Shown: positions 12,555-24,349 of the stretch, in pieces
Numbering within the stretch: the first letter of the stretch is position 1
How the letters are laid out: each line of letters begins with the position of its first letter
Assembly (NCBI GenBank): GCA_024679065.1
Contig: JAGIQG010000014.1
Coordinates: forward strand, 20,398,001-20,462,000
DNA length: 64,000 nucleotides
Source: Sphyrna mokarran
Taxonomy: Eukaryota
Reading direction: 5' to 3'
Notes under the pieces: model-generated
What the model was told of the DNA's origin: nothing
What the model saw: the letters and a program-made list of their open reading frames with translations, nothing else
The model's database searches: none
Program-made: the position numbers and the translations under genes

Positions 12555-12930
12555 TTTTAAAATTCATTTGTGGGACATTTGTGTCATTGGCAGGCCAGCA
12601 TTTATTGCCCATCCCTAATTGCCTTTGAACTGAATAGCTTGCTAGATCATTTCAGAGGGCAGATGAGAGTCTAGCACTTTGCTGTGGGTAAGGAGTCACA
12701 TGTAGGTCAGACCAGGTGAGGAAGACAGTTTTCCTTCGCTCAAGGACATAAGTGAACCTGATGGGTTTTTTCCAACAATCGACAATGGTTTCATGGCCAT
12801 TGCTAGATTCTAAATTCCAGAATTTTTTATTGAATTTAAATTCCACCACCTACCATTGCGGGTTTCGAACCCAGGCCCCAGAAATTAGCTGAGTTTCTGG
12901 ATTAATAGTCTCGTGATAATCCATCGCTTC
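12555..12930 (-). mobile_element. SINE of the 7195 family
   Basis: Reverse complement of the head (GGGTTCGAAACCC B-box), body and GGGATGGGCAATAAATGCTGGCC tail. Confidence 0.75.
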
Positions 12931-13964
12931 CCAATCTCTGAACAGTTTTATGAAATTGTGGGAATTTTAAGACCCAAAATCCAGTGGGCTTGTGTTGGAA
13001 GGCAGGGGGAAACATAAAAATATTCTTAAGGATCTCAAACCCAATCCCAACTGCACCTCACCCTTACCTGCCTCTACTAACACAAGAAGTGGGACTGGGG
13101 GTGGTGGGCAACGTGCTTCCAAGAGACAGGTTGATGATTTAAATACTATAATTAGACTGCCATCCTCAGATTTATAAACTGCACTTTAATTTTTGTCCTG
13201 GCCAGCTGAGTTTCCTCTCCACACCCTGATGTTGCAGGTCCTATCACCCTGTCACCTTTCAATCTGGTTTGCTACGCCTGAGAAATTGAGACTTTGGGTG
13301 GGATTTTCTGCACCTTCCCTCAATGTATATTCTGTTGGAGGAAGTAGTCCATCGCCATCGGCCAGCGACTGGACCTTCCAGTCCTGCTGATGTCTGTGGG
13401 AATTTGTATTGCCTCACATCCTTCACTGCTGGGTAATGCACTATGGGTGGGTGGAATTACCATCCGGAAGATTCCACCAGAGGGAAGGGCCAGAAAACTT
13501 TGACCTTTGATAACTTTTGCGTTTCCCAACCCAATATAGTGATCTCCCCAATTCTAACTCCATTCCTAGTTATATCAAGGGCCTAGAATTCTGTTAAGGT
13601 AAGGAAACCTAATGCCAGAATTAAGTGGATCGACTTTATTCATAGTTTAATACATGCCAGTTTAAGAATTCTGCTTCAGATATCTTGATGTAGGCTTTGC
13701 AATCATGATTCACAATGATATAGATAATTACAATACAGGTATGGAGATGACTCCAGTCTAAATCTTTACCCAACCGTGACCTCCTCTTAACTGACCCTGG
13801 CTCCAGGTCATGTACCTTATTACATCACTGTGTTGGGCAGTACTGTACTCAGTCTCACATTAACCTTTCACATACCAGGCCAAACACCAATAATCAAGGA
13901 AGTTTCAATAAGAAGGTTAAAATTTCATGTATGAAAACTACTGCAATTCTGAGAATTTGCTTTC

Positions 13965-14122
13965 GTATTTCACCTTTCGCAGCAACAGGGCATTCCATAA
14001 TATTTTGCAGCCAATGAAGTACATCTCAAGTTGTAATAGAGAAAATGGCAGCCATTTGTGCACACCAAACTCCCATAAACAATATGGATCAGACAATCGA
14101 TTTTAGAGATTTAAATTAAAGG
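13965..14122 (-). mobile_element. Deu-domain SINE, 3' part (continues at 15745-15930 after a LINE insertion)
   Basis: GCAGCCAATGAAGTAC and GGCAGCCATTTGTGCAC are reverse complements of the tail seen at 6060-6300. Confidence 0.6.
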
Positions 14123-15744
14123 ATATATGGATTTTAGTAAGGCGTTTGACAAAGTCCCTCATGGGAGGTTAGTCGAGAAGGTCAAGGCAAATGGGATACA
14201 AGGACAGGTAGCTAGATGGATAAGCAACAGGCTTGGTAATAGGAGACAGAGAGTAATAGCGGAAGGGTGTTTCTCTAGCTGGAGGTCTGTCACTAGTGGT
14301 GTGCCGCAGGGCTCGGTACTGGGACCTCTTCTATTTGTAATATATATAAATGACTTGGAAGAGGGAGTAAGTGGAGTGATCAGCAAGTTTGCAGACAATA
14401 CAAAGATGGCTGGACTTGCGGATAGTGAAGAGCATTGTCAGGCGATGCAGCAGGACATAGGCTGGTAGCTTGGGCAGGCAGATGGCAGATGGAATTCAAT
14501 CCTGATAAATGTGAGGTGATGCATTTCAGGAGAAAGAATGTAGAGGGGAGGTATATGATAAAGGGTAGACCTATTAAGAGTATAGAAACGCAGAGGGACT
14601 TGGGGGTGCAGGTGAACAAGTCTCTGAAGGTGGCAGAGCAAGTGGAGAAGGTTGTGAAGAAAGTATATAGTATGCTAGCCTTTATAGGAAGGGGTATAGA
14701 GTACAAGAGCTGGCCTTTAATGTTGCAGTTGTATAAAACGTTGGTTAGACCTCATTTGGAATACTGCGTCCAGTTCTGGTCGCCTTACTACCGGAAGGAT
14801 GTGGAGACTCTGGAGAGAGTGCAGAGGAGGTTTACAGGATGCTGCCTGGTATGGAAGGTCTGAGTTACGAGGAGAGGTTAGGCAAATTGGGACTGTTTTC
14901 CTTAGAAAGACGTAGACTTAGAGGAGATCTAATAGAGGTGTACAAGATTATGAAGGGGATAGATAGAGTAAACAGGGTTAAGCTTTTTCCTAGGATGGAC
15001 TCAAATAGCACGAGGGGTCACGGGCTTAGGGTGAGGGGGGTAAGGTATAATTTGGATGCTAGAGGGAGTTTTTTCACACAGAGGGGGGTGGGGGTATGGA
15101 ATGCGCTGCCAAGTAAAGTGGTGGAGGCAGGTACTCTGGAGTTATTTAAGAAATGCTTAGATGGGCACATGAACAGAATGGGAATGGAGGGGTATAGAAA
15201 ACTGATTTAAAATAGGGATCATGAGCCTTGGAAGTCCCAGGGAACTGTGTAAATAGATGATGATATGATGTACTTGTTTTTATTCTACAGGTGCTTTGGT
15301 CCACCTTGTTATCTAACAAGGGGCATACACGCAATGGGTCGTGAGAGGACTGCTCTTGGATCTTTTTCGAGAGTATCCTAGTGCTTCACGTCGTTAGTGT
15401 ACGCTTGACCTGGACCATTTGATGGGCAACACGACAGCTCAGTGACTATCGCTGTGCTGTGCAGATACATGGATTTGGGCCTGTGTCTGTGGGAGTTTGC
15501 GCATTCTCACCGTGCTTGCGTGGGTTTTCTCCGGGTGCTCCGGTTTCCTCCCACATCCCAAAGATGTGCTCTTAGGCTAATTGGCAAAACAATTCTCCCT
15601 AAATTGTCTCAAATTTGGTTTTTAATCCATAGATCTATAAACATGGACAGGGATCGCGTGTAGAAGTGGGAACATCGAGGTGGCGGCGCGGGCTCGTTAG
15701 GCCGAAGGGCCTGTTTCCCATGCTGTTTTGTTCTTTGTTCTTTG
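14123..15744 (+). mobile_element. CR1-clade LINE family 2, 5'-truncated, with long V-SINE-containing 3' UTR
   Basis: ORFs 14127-14468, 14435-14863 and 14839-15210 give RT motifs and the C-terminus MEGYRKLI*. The 3' UTR is about 530 nt and ends in (TTCTTTG)n. Confidence 0.93.
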
Positions 15745-15930
15745 ATAAATATTGGGAAGGAGACAAAGGACAATTCATTTGGTCTCCTTTGGATAGTGCT
15801 GTGGAATCCTTTAATTTCACCAGGGAGGTCAGACAGGTTTAAAGTCTCACTGGACAGTACATTGCTCTCTCAGCGCTGTACAGCCTGTTTTGATCCACAG
15901 CTGCAGATTTTGTAGTGGAGACATGAACAC
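15745..15930 (-). mobile_element. Deu-domain SINE, 5' part
   Basis: ATAAATATTGG, GTTTAAAGTCTCA and CTCTCAGCGCTGTAC are degenerate reverse complements of the Deu core. Confidence 0.5.
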
Positions 15931-17473
15931 ACTTGATAGTGGACTGATGTTTCATGGAATCAGGCTAATTCTGGAGATCTTTTAAAATGATGAGTGGGAT
16001 CCCATTTCCAAAAAGATCCAATTTTTGCTGATCAGGGAATGAGGTTGACCTGCATCACACAGGCAGAAAACCCAAACTCAGTGGAAACATTTAAAATTGG
16101 TGCTGAATTCAAACATTTTGCTTGTGCCAAGAGCCTTGACCTGCATTATGAGAGTCACAAATCTATGCAATATATATCAATGCTCTTGAAGGGCAGATAG
16201 GATCTATTTAAGTCTTATGGATAGAATCTATTTAAGTCCTGTGATCTGAAGTTCCTTAAATCCCCAGGCCTTTAAAGCAAAAGAGAAAACAAGCTGAAGT
16301 TATCAGTTGGAGCTATTTTTTTTTTAAACAACCACTGGACTGATATGATTTACCAGTCATTTGTTATATGTTAGAAACAACTATTACCAGTTAGTTCCTA
16401 TAGTTGAAATAAAATTGATTATTGACATTTTTCAGGGGATGGTATTACAACTAAAATTGTTATGAATGCTTGGCTGAGTTTCAAGTATTCCAGAAATACT
16501 TATCTCAGAAAATAGGGGAGTTCACATTTCAATTGCCAGTTTAAATTAGTTTATTTTTAAAATATTGTTTTATGTGGATACTGAATAAAAGTTTTTGGGA
16601 CAGATTGAAGAAATAAGGGATTAAAAATATTTTCACAAGTTTAATAAATGAGAGTTTTTTTGGCATGGAATATGTATGAGTGAAACCTCAATCTGAATAT
16701 TAGAAGTTAATTTCATTTTTCACCTCTACATGTTTCCCTGATGTCTGCTCATAGTGGATATTCAATGTGTGGCTCTAGAGATGGCCTGGGGGTAATGGCC
16801 TGGGGGTATGAGATGGCATGGAAGGGGGAAGGGGGAAGGGGCATGGGGACATGAGTTGGTAGGTTAATGCAGAGTGGGTATGGAGTGTAAAGAGTGAAGG
16901 CTCGAGAGCTAAATAGCCCCCAAAACAACCATGGTTAACTCTGAGAGGAAAGAAGCAAACTTGTACCAGCCCACTTACTTATCTACCTGCTCCTGTAGCT
17001 GCCTATAATTTGCCTCCAGGGGTTGGCAGGCCTGATCTGATTCTGCCTCCTCCACACCCACCCACCCAGAGTGAAAATTGGGTCTAATGGGGCCTTTAAA
17101 TCGAGACGGATCTCTTAGGTTGGAAAGTTTCCTGACTTGAGCTACTCACCCTGGTTATGAAAATTCAACCTTTCCTGTCTCTAGTGTGGGAATCCTATCT
17201 CTGAGGCAAAGCCAGGTGCAGGGGGTTATGGCTCCTTCCACTTCAGTGAAGAGGAGTAAGAAACTGGATCTAAAAGGAGATGCTAAATGTTCTGTGGAGA
17301 TGCAGGGCTAGATAGAAAGGGGAGTATTACAGTTAACATTTGCTGCCATTACTTGTAAACGCGCCTGCTTCTCGAGCTTCATGCAGAAATTGAAGACTTT
17401 GTTTCCTGATAAATGTACTGCTTCAGCCTGACTCAAAATAGCTGTTTCAACACTGTACTTTTCTCCTCCTTAG

Positions 17474-17569
17474 GGCTTAATTCACAGCCATCTTCAGGAG
17501 ATCATAACGAAGTTGTTCCGAACTGTGAACCAGACGGTTATTAATATGGGAAGAGAACACAGCCTGGTT
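17474..17569 (+). CDS. DOCK2: Internal coding exon of dedicator of cytokinesis 2 (DOCK-A Rac GEF, armadillo-repeat region)
   Basis: Acceptor ttttctcctccttag and donor gtaagt; 96 nt, phase 0/0. Translates GLIHSHLQEIITKLFRTVNQTVINMGREHSLV, matching recalled human DOCK2 [27 protein letters not shown]. The QEI and (D/E)H residues and the nested INSYN2B favour DOCK2 over DOCK1/DOCK5. Confidence 0.88.
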
Positions 17570-17865
17570 GTAAGTAGCTGCGAAGAGGGCAAACAAGCTT
17601 TCTTCCGGGATTTCTGTTTAATTTATGTAACTGCATGGTGAATTCTCCTTGGCTCGTTTACCTCAAATAGTCATCTGTTCAAAGAGCTTCAAAGTTGTCA
17701 GTGATGTACATGGGAATGGAGCCCTAAATGGGGATCCCATGAACTAACTACAAGTCTCTCTCTCCAATGTATTCTGCCCAGGTGTATGGGGAGGCCACAT
17801 ATCCCGTTATTGGCCAGAGCCTATCAGTGTTATTTGATGATGAGAGTAATGAGCATGTTCCGATG

Positions 17866-17985
17866 GCCCAGTATCAATATTGAAGCTTTACTGTGTTGAT
17901 TATTTAGTGAGTGTACGCAGACATCGAATTTTAGTCCAATATTTCTCTCTTTTCTCTTAAGCCCTGGAACTCTGAAACAAAAACA
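17866..17985 (+). repeat. 120-bp direct repeat, copy 1
   Basis: Colinear with 18662-18781 (TCAATATTGAAGCT, GTTGATTATTTAGTGAGTGTACGCAG, AACTCTGAAACAAAAACA). Confidence 0.9.
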
Positions 17986-18661
17986 CATGATCCCAGGGTC
18001 AGCCTCTCAACGAGCTACTAAATAAACAAAATTGTAGCATTCTGGTTGCAGATGGGACCCGTTTCTATAGAAACAGCAAACAAAAATATTTCTTCGTATT
18101 TTCTCTATCTTAAGCCTCAGTCTGGGGGCGGGTGCTACAACTGCTCTGGTTTCCAAAGAGACAACTGAGAATTTGTATAAACAAGAAATTGTTCCTCACG
18201 GAAAATCACAGTACTTGACAAGGTGATGCAGGAATTTGCTGCCAGGTTGTGTGTGACTCACTCGTATTTCAGCTTTCATGTACTATTCGTGTTCTTGAAG
18301 GCAGCATAATTATTTTTGTCCATGCATTTCCGCACACAAACATGACAGTAATCAGTTGTAGCTCGTGGGGTTGGCACAGGTCTGGAGTTGTTAAGGTGAA
18401 GGATCTGTGTTTAACACAGACTGTCCTCTGCACAGCAACGTGGCGGCCTCCTCAGCTTCCATGTTAATCTGAGGCCTACACTCCAGGCTCAGGCTTGAGG
18501 TGAGAGCACAGCAGACTGAGCAGGTCCAGCGAGCCTGATGTATTGCATTATGTGGTGCTGATTGGTACACATCCTCCAGTGAATGCACTGAGGAGGAATT
18601 TGTCTGGGTAAGTGTTGTGAGGTGGTGGCGAACGTCACTGGACCAGAGACCAGTCACATTC

Positions 18662-18781
18662 GCCCAGTTTCAATATTGAAGCTCTGTCAGGTTGATTATT
18701 TAGTGAGTGTACGCAGTCATGGAATTTTAGCCCAGCATTACTCTCTTTTCTCTCAAGCCCTGTAACTCTGAAACAAAAACA
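18662..18781 (+). repeat. 120-bp direct repeat, copy 2
   Basis: Same as 17866-17985, offset by 796 bp. Confidence 0.9.
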
Positions 18782-18809
18782 GAATTCTTTGTATACATGG
18801 GTAGGAATC

Positions 18810-19030
18810 TCACCCTGGGGCAGCTGGTGGAATTTGAAGTCAATTGATAAACCTAGAACTGAAAGCCAGTCTTTGTAACGGTGGCCATGAAACCATCACT
18901 GACTGTTGTTAAAAAGTCATCTGATGTCCTTACCTGCTCTGGTCTACACCTGACTCCAGACCCACCGCTGTGTGGTTCTTGTTTAAATGTCCTTTGAAAT
19001 GGCCTCACAAGCCTCAGATTCAAGGGCTAT
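18810..19030 (+). mobile_element. SINE of the 7195 family, partial
   Basis: GGTGGAATTTGAA, GGCCATGAAAC and TGACTCCAGACCCAC. Confidence 0.65.
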
Positions 19031-19528
19031 TAAACAATAAAGGGGGGAAGAAACGTTGATTTGTTGGAGTTACTATCTTGTGCAACACTTGAAGCATAGG
19101 GAGGGAGCTTGTCTGGCTCCAAGATGTGGAGCTGGTTAAGACAATGGGTCTAAAGGAAAGTTTATCCCAAACATGGAGAGATTATTCCAGCAGGAACTTC
19201 AATGCAATTGGCGGCAGGCCGGGATCTTTCTCTTAGGCCTGGAGGTGGGCTGGAAAACTGTGGCCTTCTCTGGATTAAAACAAAAAAAATCAATGCAGTT
19301 GATTTTTGCTCATTTTGTTTCTTTTTATTTGAATGGCCTCTACTTGTTCCGGTTAGGGCTGCTGGATAGGCCACTCAGTGCATAATACATATCTGCACAA
19401 TATGCACTCTGCCTATCTGTATCCCAAACCAGTGCATGTGAAGAGCCTTAAGGCTTCAGGCTGTCACTCTGGATGGTAAAAGTTACCATTAGTTCATATG
19501 GTGTCCAGCGCTCCCTGTGATGATTGAA

Positions 19529-19710
19529 CAAGTCACGATGTGGAGATGCTGGCGTTGAACTGAGGTGAAACACAAAGAAATCCCACGACACCAGTTTAAA
19601 GTCCAAACAGGTTTATTTGTAGCAAATGCCGCAAGCTTTCGGGACAGTCCCTTTGTCAGGTGGCTGGAAGTTCCTGTTTGGACTTTAAACTGGTGTTGTG
19701 GGATTTCTTT
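19529..19710 (-). mobile_element. Short Penelope-like terminal-repeat insertion with inverted segment and degenerate hammerhead
   Basis: 38-bp inverted repeat 19574-19611 / 19673-19710 (1 mismatch). Minus strand reads GCCAC-CTGACAA-AGGGACTGTCCC-GAAA-GCTT-GCGGC. 9-bp TSD ATGATTGAA at 19520-19528 and 19711-19719. Confidence 0.82.
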
Positions 19711-21989
19711 ATGATTGAAAACACAGAACTTGGTGTAAAAGTTGGAGGGATGATTCTGATTTTACCTTGGATGAACAGGCAATCGTGAGCTGAATTTCTT
19801 CTCTGCCGTTCCAGTCGCCATCTGTCTTTAATTGCTGACTTCTTTTAGAATTAGTGCTGTGATTGATTTACGCTCGTCTCATTGATCTTTCTGACAGGAT
19901 TTGCAAATTGCTTGATGTTGACAGGAAAACGTAGAGGCAATTTACAAAGGAAACAAGTATCCCCAGTGCACCCTGGGGGGGCGGAGTGGTGTTACATTGA
20001 TAAACCAAACCACTCTGAGATATAAGATCAATCTCTTCTCTCCTATAATAGAATTAAAGCCATTTTAACCAATTGTCTAAGACTCTGTAGAATTCAACTT
20101 CCCTTTTCCTTTTCTGCTTTGATAGATGTTGTTGAGGCATGTCGGTATTGATTGGCTTCCTGAGTCTGATGTGGAAGCCAAACATCATGGCAATTATGGA
20201 GGGAGACTGACTTACAGCTCAGCTGTACCAAGGCTCATATGGAAATGTTTTAAATACTTTCAGCAAAAATACTGGTTTCCTCTTCAGCAAGCTTATGTAC
20301 ACAGCCTGAAGGTGTGTGCATTTTCCGGATGAGTGGTTGGAAATGAATGAGCTAATGCAATGTGTATCGTTCGTATTCAAGATGCTGTGAGGGAGTGCAG
20401 TGGCTCAATAAAGGTCTTCCACTATCTTCTCAAGGGCAAATGCCACTGACACCCAGATCTCTAATTCACAAGGCATCCAGGGAGTGGGGGAAGGGTAAAT
20501 TTTACAGCTCAAACTCTCCAATCCACCTCCCCCAGCAGCATATTTTTAAATGTTGGTAAATGAAAAATTTATAAAATAAATAAGTAGCATGCCCCGTCTC
20601 CATGTCCTGTCTCCCATATTAGTTGGGCAAGTAAGGAATCAGGCAGCTCACTCGTCCATGGGCCAATTGATGCCCCAATGTGACCAATAATGACAACTTA
20701 AGGGCTGCATTTCACCTCTGCTGCAATGATACATGCGATAAGTGAAGGCCAGAATCAGATAGCGTGGCAGCTTTCGCTATCCAGGCAGGAAGATGTCATA
20801 TCTCATTTTGGGCATTTGTTGTGCCCATCAGAAGCAACCACACCCAAGATTGTATGCCAACCCCTTTAAGCCTTCTCTGCTGGTCTTTAAAAAATGCCTC
20901 CCTCATTGGGGTCTGCCAGGCATCCCTGCCTTGAATTTCTGGAGATACCTGATGTCCAGGGTGCATTGTACCTTTTCCCTGGGGACTGCCTGTAGTCCCA
21001 GCAATCACCCAATGATTCCGGCATTGTTGGAACCAGCGAGCTTCCAGCCAATCAGGTTGGCCAGCGGTTTTCTGGGGTGGGACTTCCTCTCAAATGGAGG
21101 TAGAAATTCCACTTTGAAACAATTAAGGCTGTCCCAACGTACTATGAGCTTGGGCTTGCTTAGTTTCTGGTCAGCACTTTTTGAATGGGGTAGGGAGGTG
21201 GAGGAATGATGACGGGGCTAATCTGACCTCACATAAAATACATTCTTTGATTTTAGAGGACAATGTGGTAATGCTTCACAATATAGTTTCATTTTCCATC
21301 ATTTTTAAATGCATTACGTACATACAGGATCACATTTTTGAGTGTAATGCACAATGACACGTGGTAACTTCATGTGAGACACTCTGGCAAGAATTGTCTT
21401 TAAAGATTGCCATCAGCAGAGGTGTATCATTGAAGACATTCTACCTAAAATGGACTGTCTTGTTGCATGTATATCTATCATCTATTGTAGGATGTTGAAT
21501 TGTCTCCCATTTCAAGCAAGAGGATGAACGATTTCCAGTTTTGCTTTTCCTGATGCCAATGCCCTTTTATGCTCTGGACGTTATGTAGAACAGAACTAGA
21601 GATGCATTCTTTGGCGAAGGGACACATTTAGCCTTAGCAATGTAATTGCCGGCTCAGTTCTATGAATTCTCCCTCACCAGCTTGGCATGATGGAATGGTC
21701 AAGGTCAGACAAAAGGACATCAACCTAAACCTGTTCATGTGCAAAGTTATCGAACTGAAAAGTTGGGTGGAACGTTCTATTCTGGGACTAAACCCTATGG
21801 TATGGATGGGGACCAGGAGAAGAAGTGTTTCTGCCGTGCACACCACTGGGAATACGTACTGTATTGCAGCGGGATTGACTGGTTGGCTGACGGCCCATCA
21901 TTATACCCAGGCACCATTTTTGAAAGGCACCTGGACGTAACCGACCCATCATTGAAGACAGAGGCTAGACCTGCAGGAATACTCCAAAG

Positions 21990-22085
21990 AAACATAGGAA
22001 TGTGGAACATAGGGGCAGGAATGGCCATTCGGTCCACCGACCCTGCTGCACCATTCAATGTGATCATGGCTGATACCCTACCTCA
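21990..22085 (-). mobile_element. CR1-like 3' tail fragment
   Basis: AACATAGGAA..GGCCATTCGG..CCATTCAATGTGATCATGGCTGAT is the reverse complement of a CR1-type tail like the one at about 57100-57170. Confidence 0.55.
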
Positions 22086-22564
22086 AAGTCATCGTCTCAC
22101 TGTCTCCTACTGCTGTGTGTTCCATGGGTGCATGGACACTGGAGGCCTCCTTTCTGTTCTCTGCAAGTTCCCAGGCCTTTTTCATGCAAGTCTGTCACTT
22201 CACCGCAAATTTGGTCCAGATGTGTTCTGGACTGGTGTGAAACCTGGCTGGTGATGGGAATGATTGGGTGGGGGGGGGTTGCGCAGGGGATTCTGGTCAG
22301 GTTTTCCAACCCATTACCAGGGTGCAAATGGGTTTCACGCTGACCTCTGATGGAATTGGTGACCCACCATGGCTAGCATTTTATGTCAACAGGAAATCGA
22401 TTTATCAGCTCCTGCAGCGTTGTTCCCACATTCCCCCCACCCCCCCCCCCACCCCCAACCCCTCAATAGCACTACCACCATTAAATCCACTATGGAGGAT
22501 TTAAAATTCCACCCATTAACTTATTTCTCTCTCTTCCTCACCTCCACCTCCACCCCCCCCCCAC

Positions 22565-22565
<1 letters not shown>

Positions 22566-22595
<30 letters not shown>
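22566..22595 (+). repeat. poly(C) tract
   Basis: 30 consecutive C within a C-rich stretch. Confidence 0.9.
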
Positions 22596-22597
<2 letters not shown>

Positions 22598-23033
22598 AAG
22601 CTGCGTCACACGTTCAGTATTTTCAGCATTTTTTTGTCCTATTTCCAACATGGGACAGTTTATCTTTGGCTCTCTTTTCAGGAAATTGTCTACTTCTTGA
22701 TGCCCTGCGCTTCTGGCGATGCTGGCAATAGATACTGATTATAGTCAGAATTAAATGGTCTGAATCGTGGATCCTTACACTGCGTGTCTTGTTCTCATTG
22801 AGGGGAGTGTTAGAAGGTCAAAATTGTGCTTTTTTAGTACAGTTTTGGAGCGAGAGAAATGAGTCATCTGATGAATCAGCGGATAAACTTATTCCTTTAA
22901 ACAGAGAACGAATGTCCCGTGTTTGCTTTTATAGCTAATCTCTATAATCAAATAAGCGGCACGATTTTCTGCTCAGGATAATGCTGCAATTAATTATCTT
23001 ACGCGACGATCTTATGCGGTGATTAACTGTCTT

Positions 23034-23222
23034 GGGTGGCATTGTGGCAAAGTAGTTAGAGCTGCTGCCTCACAGTGCCAGGGACCCAGATTTGATTCTG
23101 GCTTGGGTCACTGTGTGTGTGTGTGGAATCTCCCTGTGTCTGTATGGGTGTCCTCTGGGTGCTCCGGTTTCCTCCCCACACTCTGAAACTCGTGCTGGTT
23201 AGGTGCCTTGGCCGTGCTAAAT
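23034..23222 (+). mobile_element. HE1/V-type SINE, 3'-truncated
   Basis: GCTGCCTCACAGTGCCAGGGACCC head and GGGTGCTCCGGTTTCCTCCC core. Confidence 0.8.
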
Positions 23223-24349
23223 ATAGCCTCAAGCCAACAGGTATCAACTGTGAAATGAGTGTGCAAGTCATGCTAAACATGTGGCTAACTCCAGCGAGGG
23301 AGAGTTGGTGTAAGTGTTTTAAAGTAGTGGATGAAGCCGTCGCAAGGTGAAAACAATGAAATCTCGCTGGACAGCTTATTAATAACATTCTAAACAGTCA
23401 AAAAGAAAAATCACTGACCTGCGTAAAGGATAGTTGTGAATCCTTTACTTGCTGCCCTTGGTGTGATGGAAAATGGATTTCTACCTCCGTGGATTGGTGC
23501 TTCTGGTTTGTTTCTATGTAGAAAATCTCAGCAACATTTGAAAGCCAAAGAAAGTAGGGCTAAATTTGGATTGGGTCCCATCTGTTAAGATCTATGTTGC
23601 AGATGGAGTTCAGACAAATCAGAAAGTACTACATTTTCCATGTGTAAGCTTTCTCATAAAATGTGGGTATTTAACTGTGCTTCTTCAAGTATTGAATGCT
23701 CCAATCCCGATCTTGCAAAGATAGTGTGCTCTCCTGTCTTTCGCCCGAACATTCTCCAGCCTTCTGGTAGCTAGTTACATACAAATAGTCCAGCAATGGC
23801 TTCTCTTTTTCCTTACCCTTTTTTAGGAGTTAGCAGTCTCTCTCTCTCTCTCTCAAGTATATAATTAATTTCCAACCCAACAATTTAGTATCAACTCATT
23901 AAAGTGTGCTGGCTTGGATTCCCCTGAAGATTTTGTGGTAACGTGTACGATCTTGTATGGGCAAGTGAAGCTTCTTGCTCCTAATCACTGTTCAACAAGC
24001 TTTGATATAAATTGCAGCTATCAACCAGGACAGGTCAGGCTGTGAAGTCTCTAGGTATTGTTACTTGTAATTAAATCACAAAACGTATAGCAATTTGGGC
24101 TGCAAAGAAGTCGAGTTGGTTGCAGCATGGGCATTTCTTGGTCACGCAGGAGGAGTTGGAAGGCACAAAAGCAAACTGTGACACTGCACTTAGCCAGTCA
24201 TTTCTGGGTCAAGAGGCCCTGAACATGTAATTGACTGCTGCTCAAATGGAGTTGTGAGAACCATATTGTAAGTGCTGTGTTGTTGGAACTTGCTGACCTT
24301 CAGATGAGGGAGGTCAAGTAATTACAGGCCTGTCAGCCTAACCTCAGTA

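Noticed and set aside
13610-13890. Possible solo LTR on the minus strand
   Set aside because: A poly(A) signal and LTR-like composition are present, but no second copy, clear termini or TSD could be established.
21739-22254. 171-aa ORF
   Set aside because: No recognisable homology, and it runs through an antisense CR1 tail.
22369-22731. Proline-rich ORF (and the Gly/Pro ORFs at 30167-30484, 32590-32927 and 50282-50644)
   Set aside because: Artefacts of C/G homopolymer or low-complexity tracts; homopolymer lengths may also be assembly-dependent.
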